A stretch of DNA of 64,000 nt from an uncultured Acidobacteriota bacterium (GTDB lineage: Bacteria > Acidobacteriota > Vicinamibacteria > Vicinamibacterales > CAVVIG01), in assembly GCA_963825245.1 (NCBI GenBank), contig CAWGSJ010000008.1:265736-329735 (forward strand). The letters are read 5' to 3'. The notes beneath the pieces are model-generated. The model was not told the origin of the DNA, ran no database searches, and saw nothing but the letters and a program-made list of their open reading frames with translations. The translations under genes were made by a program, and so were the position numbers. Shown one piece after another: positions 50,384-59,676 of the stretch. Within the stretch, counting starts at the first letter, position 1, and every line of letters starts with the position of its first letter.

Positions 50384-52589
50384 ATGAGAATCACACGCTA
50401 TCGGTCGCTGATGCTGTGGGTTTCGTTCGTCGGCGCGTTGGCCCTTGCGGTCTCCACGATGCACTGGACGACGGCCCCGGTGGCCGGCCAAACCGCGGCG
50501 CAGCGGCCAGCCGAGCACGAAGAACGGCGAGTGGCCGCACTACACCGCCGATCTCACCGGCAGCCGCTACTCGCCGCTCGATCAGATCAACGGCGCGAAC
50601 TTCAGCAAGCTCGAGGTCGCCTGGCGGTTCAAGACCGACAACTTCGGCCCGTTCCCCGAGTACAAGCTCGAAGGCACGCCGCTGATGGTGAAGGGCGTGC
50701 TCTACACGACGGCCGGCACGCGACGGTCGGTGATCGCGCTCGACGCGAAGACCGGCGAGCTGCATCTGGTCGCACAGCCTGCGCGAGGGCAAGCGCGCCG
50801 GCGCTCTCGCCGCGCCAGCTCTCGGGTCGCGGCGTCGCCTACTGGACCGACGGCCGCGGCGACGAGCGGATCCTCTACAACACGCACCGGCTATCGCCTC
50901 GTCGCGCTGAACGCGAAGACCGGGCAGCCGGTCGCGTCGTTCGGCAACCAGGGCGTCGTCGATCTCAAGTCCGGCGCCATCCGGGGCGCCGACCAGCAGA
51001 TCGATCTCGAGAGCGGCGAGATCGGCATTCACTCGACTCCGACCGTCGCCGGGAACACCGTCATCGTCGGCGCGGCGTTCCGCGAGGGGATGACGGTCAA
51101 CACGCACAACAACACCAAGGGCCTCGTCCGCGCGTTCGACGTGCGAACCGGCAAGCAGTTGTGGCGGTTCAACACGATTCCGCGGACGGGCGAGTTCGGC
51201 AACGACACGTGGGAAGAGAACTCCTGGTCGTACAACGGCAACACCGGCGTGTGGACGCAAATCAGCGTCGACGAGGAGCTCGGTCTCGCGTATCTGCCGG
51301 TCGAAACCCCGACGTCGGATTTCTACGGCGGCCACCGGCCCGGCAACAACCTGTTCGCCGAGACGCTCGTCGCGGTCGACCTGAAGACCGGTCAACGCAA
51401 GTGGCACTACCAGCTCGTGCACCATCCGATCTGGAACTTCGACAACTGCTGCGCGTCGCTGCTCGCCGACGTGACGATCAACGGCAAGCCGCGGAAGGTC
51501 GTCGCGCAGCCGAGCAAGCTGGGGTGGCTCTACGTGCTCGACCGCGCGACCGGCGACCCGATCTGGCCGATCGAGGAGCGGCCGGTTCCGCAGTCCGACG
51601 TGCCGGGCGAGAAGACGTCGCCGACGCAGCCGCACCCGACCAAGCCGCCCGCCTACGCGCGTAACTACCTGCGGGTGCCGGACGACGTGATCGACTTCAC
51701 GCCGGAATTGCGGCAGCAGGCGCTCGAGGTCTTGAAGTTCTACAAGTACGCGCCGTCGCCGTTCAACCCGCCGATTCTCGGCAACGTGAACGGACCGCTC
51801 CTCGGCGCCATCGGACCTGGCACCGCGACCAACTGGCCGGGCTCCGCGTACGATCCCGAGACTGCACACCGTGTTCGCGCAGGCCGGCAACGTGCCGATC
51901 TCGTCGCGCATCGCTCGTCGAGCCGCCGAAGGGATTCACCGACATCCGCTACGTCTCGGGTCTTGGCGGCCAGCCGTTCCGCGAGATCTTCGGACCCGGC
52001 GACTGCTGCTCGGCCGACTCGGGCCGGCGCACGCGCGACGACCTCCCCGGCAGCCGAAGGCGCCGCCGCGAAGCCGGCCGCTCCGGCCGCACCGGCGAAG
52101 CTCGCGGCGCAGGCATCGCAGGGCCTCAACGTGCAGGGTCTGTCGATCGTCAAGCCGCCGTATGGCGTGCTGACCGGCCGTCAACCTCGATCGCGGCGAG
52201 ATCGTGTGGCAGGTGCCGCACGGCGACACACCCGACAACATCCGCAATCACCCGGCGCTGCAAGGGGCTGAACATCCCGAAGACCGGGCAGCCCGGCACC
52301 GCGGGCGTTGGACTGATGGTGACGAAGACGCGTCGTCGTGATGGGCGATCCCCAGGTCACCAACCCGGGCAACCGTCCGCGCGGCGCGATGCTCCGCGCC
52401 TACGACAAGAAGACCGGCCAGCAGGTCGGCGAGCTGCTGATGCCGGCGCCGCAGAGCGGGTCGCCGATGACCTACTCGGTCGACGGCCGTCAGTACATCA
52501 TCGTCGCGGTCAGCGGCGGCAACTACACGGGGGAGTACCTGGCGTTCGCGCTGCCACAGAGCGAGACACGCCCGACCGGTCAGCAGTAG
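50384..52589 (+). CDS. PQQ-dependent quinoprotein dehydrogenase, glucose dehydrogenase-like (frameshifted)
   Basis: RYSPLDQIN, EGTPL, VRAFDVRTG, DFYGGHRPG, WPIEERPVP, KPPYG, PMTYSVDGRQYI. Confidence 0.9.
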
Positions 52590-52635
52590 TGTCCGGCTGA
52601 AGCCGGACCGAAGTAGCGTCCGGCTTCAGCCGGAC
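52586..52635 (+). repeat. Direct tandem pair of GTAG REP-like palindromes
   Basis: GTAGTGTCCGGCTGAAGCCGGAC and GTAGCGTCCGGCTTCAGCCGGAC; the first supplies the dehydrogenase stop. Confidence 0.8.
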
Positions 52636-52662
52636 CGCGACGTTGGGAGATCTGGAGGCCGT

Positions 52663-53886
52663 ATGAAACGTAAGGTCTTGGATCGGGACAGCATTTCTCG
52701 CCCTGCTCGGCATGCTCCTCGTCGCGCAGGGCTTCCTTGGACGCGCGGCGATCGCCCAGGCCCAGGGTAAGCCGCAGGCGCCGCGGTTCGAAGTCGATCC
52801 GTTCTGGCCGAAGCCGATGCCGAATCACTGGCTGCTCGGCAACACGATCGGCGTGACCGTCGACGCGCAGGACAACGTCTGGCTCGTCCACCGCGGCGCG
52901 GCCAATCTTGAACAACGACGAACGCGGCCTCGAGCTCAAGACCTCCGAGTGCTGCCAGGCGGCGCCACCGGTGCTCGTCTTCGACAAGGCGGGCGGGCTT
53001 GTTCGGTCGTGGGGCGGCCCGGGCCAGGGCTTCGACTGGCCGGCGTCGAATCACGGCATCTTCGTCGATCACACCGGCAACGTCTGGATCGGCGGCAACG
53101 GGCCCGGCGACTCGCACATCGTGAAGTTCACGCGCGACGGCAAGTTCGTGGCGCAGTACGGCAAGCCGAGCGCGCGAGTAAGCGGGAAGAACACGGAGGG
53201 CAACCCGACGTTCGCCGCCGGCAGCAACGATCCCGACAACTTCGGCCGCGTCGCGAAGATCACCGTCGACGCGAAGGCCAACGAGGCCTACATCGCGGAC
53301 GGCTACCTGAATCACCGCGTCGCGGTGCTCGACGCGGCGTCCGGCAAGATGAAGCGGTACTGGGGCGCGTACGGCGCGAAGCCGGACGACACGCCGCTCG
53401 GACCCTACGATCCGGCAGCGCCGCCCGGCCAAGCAGTTCCGCAACCCGGTGCACTGCGCGGATCTGTCGAATGACGGCCTGCTTGTACGTCTGCGACCGC
53501 GTCAACGATCGCATCCAGGTGTTCAAACCGGACGGCACGTTCGTCAGCGAGCGTCATCATCGCGAAGAACACCAAGGCCGCCGGCTCTGTGTGGGACATC
53601 GCCTTCTCGCGCGACGCGCAGCAGCGGTTCATCTACGTCGCCGACGGCCAGAACAACCGGATCCACGTCATCGAGCGCAACGGCGATGCGGTATCTCACC
53701 AGCTTCGGCGACGGCGGCCGCTACCCGGGCCAGTGGTTCGGCGTGCACAGCATCGCCGTCGACTCGCAGGGCAACATCTACACGACCGAGACCTACGAAG
53801 GAAAACGGCTGCAGAAGTTCGTCTACAAGGGCCTGGCCCCGGTGACACAGGAATACCAGGGCACGGTCTGGCCGACGACGCGCTGA
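52663..53886 (+). CDS. Secreted NHL-repeat beta-propeller, peptidylamidoglycolate lyase-like (frameshifted)
   Basis: FEVDPFWPKP, HGIFVD, ADGYLNHRV, YVCDRVNDRIQVF, HSIAVDSQGNIY. Confidence 0.82.
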
Positions 53887-53897
53887 CGCGTCGGGGG

Positions 53898-53961
53898 CTC
53901 AGGAGCTAGGGAGCTGAGGAACTCAGAAACGAGTTCCTCAGTTCCTCAGCCTCAGTTCCTA
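53898..53961. repeat. Inverted cluster of GAGGAACTGA-like units between convergent genes
   Basis: CTGAGGAACTC ... GAGTTCCTCAGTTCCTCAG; may act as a bidirectional terminator. Confidence 0.55.
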
Positions 53962-55065
53962 AGGCTTCGCATCGATGCGGAGCAGCTTCACCAGATTGCC
54001 GCCCAGGATTGCTTCCTTGTCAGCGTTGCTGACCGACGCGGCATTGAGGACGAAGTCGACGCCAACCGGCCAGTCAAACGGATAGTCCGTCCCGTAGAAG
54101 ATATGGTCGGCACCGACCTCCGCCACGAGGTGGCGCAGACCCTCCTCGCGGAAGATCATCGTGTCGATGTACAGCTGATTCCTGAAGTACTCGCTGGGCT
54201 TTCTCTTGAGCGCCTTGCAATCGGCGCCGCCGCCGCGGCCGCAGAGCGCGTCCGATCGACCGGTGTAGGAAGGCAGGTAGCCGCCGGCATGGGCGCTGCA
54301 AATCTTCAGGCCCGGGAACCGATCCAGCGTCCCTTCGAAAATCAGGTGCGAGAGAAATACCGTCGTCTCGAGCGGATTGCCGATCGTGTTGCCCAGACCG
54401 CCCTTCCCTTGCAGTCGTGGATTCTGAGTCGTGCCTTGAGCCTGCTGGGGGTGCATGAACAGCATGACACCCAGCTCTTCGGCTTTCGCCCAGAACGGAT
54501 CGAACCTGCGATCGGAGAGCTCCTGGCCCTCGACGCTGCCGCCGATCGCGGCGCCCCGCAATCCAAGCTTTCTGACCGCCTGATCGAGCTGGTCGGCGGC
54601 CAGGTCGGGGTGCTGCAGCGCCAGCGCGGCCATTCCCACGAATCGATCGGGATTCCTGGCCACCGCCGCTGCGATTCGTTCGTTCTGCACGGCGATGAGA
54701 TCGCGGGCGAGCTCGCGCTCGGCCGAATAGCCCCAGGCGTTGACATTGATCGCCTGGATATCGATCCCCTCCTTGTCCATGTATTGCAGGCGCGCCGGGG
54801 TGCCCGGGCCGAGCGCGATCGCTCCGGTGAGATTGCCTTTGACCGTCGCGGCAAGCGGCGTGTCTTTGACCACCTCCCAGACTTCAGGGACAAACGTATG
54901 CGCGTGAATGTCGACGACCGTGATGGGGCGGCCGCCAATCGAGACGCGGCGCCGCGTCGCGGCCGCCTGCGCTCCGTATGCGGCGTCCACGGCACGTCGG
55001 CCGCCGACCAACATGCCCGCCGTCGCGCCCGCGACGTTCCTGAGGAAGGCCCTGCGACTCGGCAT
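53959..55065 (-). CDS. Amidohydrolase-2 (ACMSD-like) protein with Tat signal
   Basis: SRRAFL, DIHAH, FMHP, HAGGYLP, YGTDYPF. Confidence 0.88.
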   Translation of the reverse strand: MPSRRAFLRNVAGATAGMLVGGRRAVDAAYGAQAAATRRRVSIGGRPITVVDIHAHTFVPEVWEVVKDTPLAATVKGNLTGAIALGPGTPARLQYMDKEGIDIQAINVNAWGYSAERELARDLIAVQNERIAAAVARNPDRFVGMAALALQHPDLAADQLDQAVRKLGLRGAAIGGSVEGQELSDRRFDPFWAKAEELGVMLFMHPQQAQGTTQNPRLQGKGGLGNTIGNPLETTVFLSHLIFEGTLDRFPGLKICSAHAGGYLPSYTGRSDALCGRGGGADCKALKRKPSEYFRNQLYIDTMIFREEGLRHLVAEVGADHIFYGTDYPFDWPVGVDFVLNAASVSNADKEAILGGNLVKLLRIDAKP

Positions 55066-55083
55066 CGTCGTTCTCCTGCTTAC

Positions 55084-55182
55084 CCGAGGGGCTTCGCCCC
55101 TCGGACTCCCCGACACGCTCTCTCGCGCGCCGCTTGCGCCGGCGCGCTCCGTTCGCGTGGCTCGCTCGCGCGCTCGCTCGCG
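55084..55182. repeat. GC-rich intergenic palindromic element
   Basis: CCGAGGGGCTTCGCCCCTCGG hairpin followed by GCTCGC-rich stems. Confidence 0.55.
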
Positions 55183-55212
55183 ACGCGGGCCGGCTGTGTT
55201 GTGAGATAGCGT

Positions 55213-56685
55213 CTACGCCGTGATCTGCGGGATCAGCGTGCCGTAGACGTCCGTCAGACGCATGTCGCGGCCATTGAATCGGTACGTGAGCTTCCGATGG
55301 TCCAGCCCAAGCAGATGCAGCATCGTCGCGTGCAGGTCGTGGTACGAGATCGGCTGCTCTTCCGCCTTGTAGCCGAACTCGTCGCTTGCGCCGATCACCT
55401 GGCCACCCTTGATGCCGGCGCCAGCCATCAGCACCGTCTGTGCGCCCGGGTTGTGATCGCGTCCGACGCCGCGCTGCGAGATCGGCATCCGACCGAACTC
55501 CGAGTGCATGATCACCAGGGTTGAATCCAGCAGTCCGCGGGCCTTCAGATCCGTCAGCAGCCCTGCTGCCGGCAGGTCCGTCTCGGCCGCATGCTGCGTG
55601 TGATTCGACTTGATATCGGCGTGCGCGTCCCACGTATCGACGTTCTGGTTGCCGACGCCACCGGCGAAGATCTGCACGAACCGAACGCCACGCTCGACGA
55701 GCCGGCGCGCCATGAGACACTGCCGGCCGAATGGCTCGGTGATCTTGTTGTCGAGGCCGTAGAGCTTCTTGGTTGCCTCCGACTCGCTGGCGACATCGAC
55801 GGCGCTCGGCGCGCACCCCTGCATCCGATACGCGAGCTCGTAAGATGAGATGCGCGCGGCCAGCTCGCTGTTGCCGGGAAATTTCTGCATGTCGAGCTCG
55901 TTCAGCCTGGCGAGCGCATCGAGCCGCATCCGCTGATCCTCCGCGGTCAGCGTGGCGGGCGGCTTGAGATCGACGATCGGATCGCCGGTGGAGCGGAAGA
56001 GCGTCCCCTGGTAGGCGGCGGGCATGAAGCCGGCGCTCCAATCGTTTGGTCCACCCAGCGGCCCCCCGCGCGCATCGGTCATGACGACGAACGCCGGCAG
56101 GCTCGATGCGACCGAGCCGAGGCCGTAGGTGACCCACGACCCGACGCTCGGAAAACCGAGGTTGATCTGCCCGGTCTGCATCTCGTAGGTTCCCTGGACG
56201 TGGTCGTTCGACCGGCCGTAGACCGACCGTAGAAATGCGATTTCATCGACGAGCCGGCTGAGCGAAGGGAAAATCTCCGCGATCTCGATACCGCTCTGGC
56301 CGTGCTTCTTGAAGGCGAACGGGCTGGGCATCAACGGCCCGGGAAACCCCTGCCGGACGATCACGTCACCCTTGACCCGGCCGTCGATCGGTTCCCCGGC
56401 GAATTTCGTCAGGGCCGGCTTGGGATCGAAGGTGTCGACCTGGCTCCAGCCGCCGCCCATGAACAACGAGATGACAGCGGTCGCGCGCGGCTTGAAGTGC
56501 GGCGCCCTGGGTGCGTACGGATTGACGCCGGACGCCGGTGCCGAACAGGTGTCAGCTGCGGCGGGAGTCGCCAACAGCCCATCGCGGTCGAGCAGGTACG
56601 CCAGGGCCAGACCGCTGATCCCGCCGCCCGAACGGAACAGGAATTCCCGGCGGTCCCAGAAGTGCCGGCTGCATCGGTGCGACAT
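55213..56685 (-). CDS. DUF1501 protein with Tat signal
   Basis: DRREFL, FMGGGWSQVDTFDPKP, ARRLVERGVRFVQ, SEFGRMP, GRDHNP. Confidence 0.92.
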   Translation of the reverse strand: MSHRCSRHFWDRREFLFRSGGGISGLALAYLLDRDGLLATPAAADTCSAPASGVNPYAPRAPHFKPRATAVISLFMGGGWSQVDTFDPKPALTKFAGEPIDGRVKGDVIVRQGFPGPLMPSPFAFKKHGQSGIEIAEIFPSLSRLVDEIAFLRSVYGRSNDHVQGTYEMQTGQINLGFPSVGSWVTYGLGSVASSLPAFVVMTDARGGPLGGPNDWSAGFMPAAYQGTLFRSTGDPIVDLKPPATLTAEDQRMRLDALARLNELDMQKFPGNSELAARISSYELAYRMQGCAPSAVDVASESEATKKLYGLDNKITEPFGRQCLMARRLVERGVRFVQIFAGGVGNQNVDTWDAHADIKSNHTQHAAETDLPAAGLLTDLKARGLLDSTLVIMHSEFGRMPISQRGVGRDHNPGAQTVLMAGAGIKGGQVIGASDEFGYKAEEQPISYHDLHATMLHLLGLDHRKLTYRFNGRDMRLTDVYGTLIPQITA

Positions 56686-56696
56686 CTTTTATTCCT

Positions 56697-56851
56697 CGCG
56701 GGGCCCCACCCCCGCTCGTTCGCGCTGCGGCGCTCGAAGACTCGCTCTCCTCGCGCGGGCCGCAGGCGCCAATCACCTCGCGGGGCCCACCCCCGCTCGT
56801 TCGCGCTGCGGCGCTCGAAGACTCGCTCTCCTCGCGCGGGCCGCGGGCGCC
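56697..56851. repeat. Tandem duplication of a ~73-bp element
   Basis: GCGGGGCCC(C)ACCCCCGCTCGTTCGCGCTGCGGCGCTCGAAGACTCGCTCTCCTCGCGCGGGCCGC(A/G)GGCGCC x2; ends shared with the 105-bp repeat. Confidence 0.85.
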
Positions 56852-56853
56852 CA

Positions 56854-59499
56854 TCACCTCATGTAGACGAACTCGTCGAGGTTGAGAAGCACATGCGTGA
56901 ACGCCGTGAGCGACTGCTTGCGAATCAAATCCGTGGCAATGGCCATTTCGGTCTTCGCCGGCGGCCTGGCAAGCGCGATGCGATAGGCGCGATCGATCTG
57001 TTCCAACGGATCGCTCGTCTCGCGGCTCACGCGATCGGCCAGCCGTTCGGCTTGCGACAACACGAACGGATTGTTCAGGAGCGTCAGCGCCTGCGTCGGT
57101 ACGGTCGAGACGTTTCTCGCGCCCGCGGTGACGTTCATGTCCGGATGGTCGAACGTGTCGAACATCGGGTACGGGAGCGACCGGCGCCGGTAGACGTACA
57201 CGCCGCGCCGCCACGACGCCGGCCCTTCCGGCGTGGTCTCCCACTTCCCGCGGAACTGACCGGCCAGGATGTCTTTCGGGATGAACGGGAAGATCGGCTC
57301 TCCACCGATGGCGCGATTGAGGTTCCCGCCAACCGCCAGCATGCTGTCCCGCACGATCTCGGCCTCGAGCCGCTGCGGGCGGAATCGCCAGAGGTAACGA
57401 TTGTCCGGATCGTTCGCGGAGTTGGCGGCGCGCTCGAAGCTCGAGGCCATCTGGTACGCGTCGGACATCATCATCAGCTTGTTGATCTGCTTGATGCTCC
57501 AGCCGCGCTTCATGAATTCGACGGCCAGCCAGTCCAGCAGCTCGGGATGCGACGGCGCTTCGCCCATCTTTCCGAAGTTTTCGAGCGTGGCGACGATTCC
57601 ACGACCGAAGTGCTTCTGCCAGAGACGATTGACGATCACCCGCGCGGTCAGCGGGTTCTGCGGCGAACCGATCCATCGGGCCAGCGCCAGGCGGCGGCCA
57701 GAGGTGCGGCCGTCGGGACGCGGCATCACGGTCGGAGGTGTGCCGTACGTGATCACTTCGATGAAGCCCGGCTGCATCTCCGGACCGTGGCTCTCGACGT
57801 CACCACGAATCAGGAAGTACGAGGGCGGGACTTCGTAGCGGCCGGGACCCTTGTGGAGATAACTGCCCGGGAACGGCGGTGGAATGCGGCACTTCGGACA
57901 GCTGACGACGTTGTCGCCTTCGCCGAGGGGCGAGAACCGATAATCGCCGTCGGTCGCGATTTCCGCCATCGGGAGCGGGCGGGGCCGCTCTTTCTCGAGC
58001 GCCGCGATCTCTGCCGACAGCTCCCGCTTGCTGGCGAGCTCAACCGGCGTCAGCGCCTGGTCGATCTGCGCGCCCGACACACCGACCGCTTCGTAGACCT
58101 GAACGGCGAGCAGCTTCTCGCCGGGAGTCCGTTCCGCTTCAGGTTTTGCTGCCGCCCGGTAAATCGCCTCGGAGAAGTTCTTCTTGATCTGCTCGAGCTC
58201 CAGCCGATCGCGATGCGGCTTCTCGATGGCGGCGATCTGCTTCCTCAGCTCGTCGCGCCTGGTGTTGATCGCATCGTTCTGTGCGAGATAGGCCGCCGCT
58301 TCGGTCGGCGGTGCCAGCGGCACTTCGGTTTCCACGTATCCGAAGATCGACGCCTCGAGCGCGTAGTAGTCCCGCTGCCGGATCGGGTCGAACTTGTGAT
58401 CGTGGCAGCGCGCGCAGTTGATCGTCAGTCCCAGCGTGCCCTTGCCAATCGTGCCGAGAATCTCGTCCAGGTAATCGAAGCGGCGCTCGGGGTTGTCCTT
58501 TTCCCGGAACAGCACCCGGGGGCCGGCCCGCAGAAAACCGGTGGCAATCAGGCTGTCCTCGGTCTTGCCATCCATCTCGTCGCCGGCGATCTGTTCGGTC
58601 AGGAAGACGTCGTAGGGCTTGTCGGCGTTGAACGAGCGGATCACGTAGTCGCGATAGCGCCAGGCGTTCGGCCGATGCATGTCGTACTCGAAGCCCGCCG
58701 AATCCGCATACCGCGCGACGTCGAGCCAGTGCCGCCCGTACCGTTCGCCGTAGTGCGGCGAGGCGAGCAGCTTGTCGATCAGCCGCTCCCAGGCGCCCGG
58801 CTTGTCGTCCGCGATGAAGGCGGCGACTTCCGCGGGCGACGGCGGCAGGCCGAGCAGATCGAGATACGCACGACGGACGAGGGTGAGCCGATCGGCGCGG
58901 GGAGCCGCGGTCAGCTTGTGCTGCGCCCGCGCCTTTTCCAGGAATCGATCGATCGGGTGCGTGAAGTCCTTGCGGTCGACCTGCGGAACCGGAGCCTGCT
59001 CGGGAAGCTTGAACGCCCAGTAGGCGCGTTCCTCAGGCGTGAGCGGTCGACGTTCGACGGCCGCGAGCGTCGAATTGCCGGCCGCCGGCGGAGCGTCCAC
59101 TGCCCCATCCCACCTGGCTCCCTCGTCGATCCACCGTTTCAGCAAGGCCAGCTGCGAATCGTCGAGCGGCGTCCCTTGCATCGGCATCGCCGGTTCCTCG
59201 AGCCCCGCGACCATCCGGTACAGACGGCTGCGCTCAGCGTTCCCCGGCACGAGCACCGCACCGCGCGCGCCGCCGGACAACGCCGTCTCGCGGGTGCGGA
59301 GATCGAGCTTCGAAAGCTGCAGCGCTCCGCCGTGGCACGACACGCACTTCCCTGCCAGGATCGGTCGGATGTCGCGGTCGAAGGCGATGGATGGCTGCGC
59401 GGTCGTCTGCGTCGGGAAGAGCGCAGCGCACAGGAGAAGGGTGACGCCGATGACCCCGATGATCCTTGACAGCCACGTTCTTCGAATGGGCACGCTCAC
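56854..59499 (-). CDS. Planctomycete cytochrome c / DUF1549 / DUF1553 protein
   Basis: CVSCH and CARCHDHKFDP, YGERYGRHWLDVARYADS, HPELLDWLA, TQALTLLNNPFV; start approximate. Confidence 0.92.
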   Translation of the reverse strand: MSVPIRRTWLSRIIGVIGVTLLLCAALFPTQTTAQPSIAFDRDIRPILAGKCVSCHGGALQLSKLDLRTRETALSGGARGAVLVPGNAERSRLYRMVAGLEEPAMPMQGTPLDDSQLALLKRWIDEGARWDGAVDAPPAAGNSTLAAVERRPLTPEERAYWAFKLPEQAPVPQVDRKDFTHPIDRFLEKARAQHKLTAAPRADRLTLVRRAYLDLLGLPPSPAEVAAFIADDKPGAWERLIDKLLASPHYGERYGRHWLDVARYADSAGFEYDMHRPNAWRYRDYVIRSFNADKPYDVFLTEQIAGDEMDGKTEDSLIATGFLRAGPRVLFREKDNPERRFDYLDEILGTIGKGTLGLTINCARCHDHKFDPIRQRDYYALEASIFGYVETEVPLAPPTEAAAYLAQNDAINTRRDELRKQIAAIEKPHRDRLELEQIKKNFSEAIYRAAAKPEAERTPGEKLLAVQVYEAVGVSGAQIDQALTPVELASKRELSAEIAALEKERPRPLPMAEIATDGDYRFSPLGEGDNVVSCPKCRIPPPFPGSYLHKGPGRYEVPPSYFLIRGDVESHGPEMQPGFIEVITYGTPPTVMPRPDGRTSGRRLALARWIGSPQNPLTARVIVNRLWQKHFGRGIVATLENFGKMGEAPSHPELLDWLAVEFMKRGWSIKQINKLMMMSDAYQMASSFERAANSANDPDNRYLWRFRPQRLEAEIVRDSMLAVGGNLNRAIGGEPIFPFIPKDILAGQFRGKWETTPEGPASWRRGVYVYRRRSLPYPMFDTFDHPDMNVTAGARNVSTVPTQALTLLNNPFVLSQAERLADRVSRETSDPLEQIDRAYRIALARPPAKTEMAIATDLIRKQSLTAFTHVLLNLDEFVYMR

Positions 59500-59676
59500 T
59501 CCGTGTCTCTTTCGGTGTGATGATACGCGGCGCGCGAAGGGGCGGGCGGCTTTTTCTTTCGTGCCGCTTTCAGGCCCGAAGTCCAGCCCCTGCCGGCTCG
59601 TCCATCGTCGCGCTGCAGGCAATCACCAGCCGCGAAACCGGACGATAGGAAGGATTTGCACAGCCCTCGTGCGGCA

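Noticed and set aside
56302-59469. 1055-aa plus-strand ORF
   Set aside because: Antisense shadow of DUF1553/DUF1501; it also reads through the intergenic tandem repeat.
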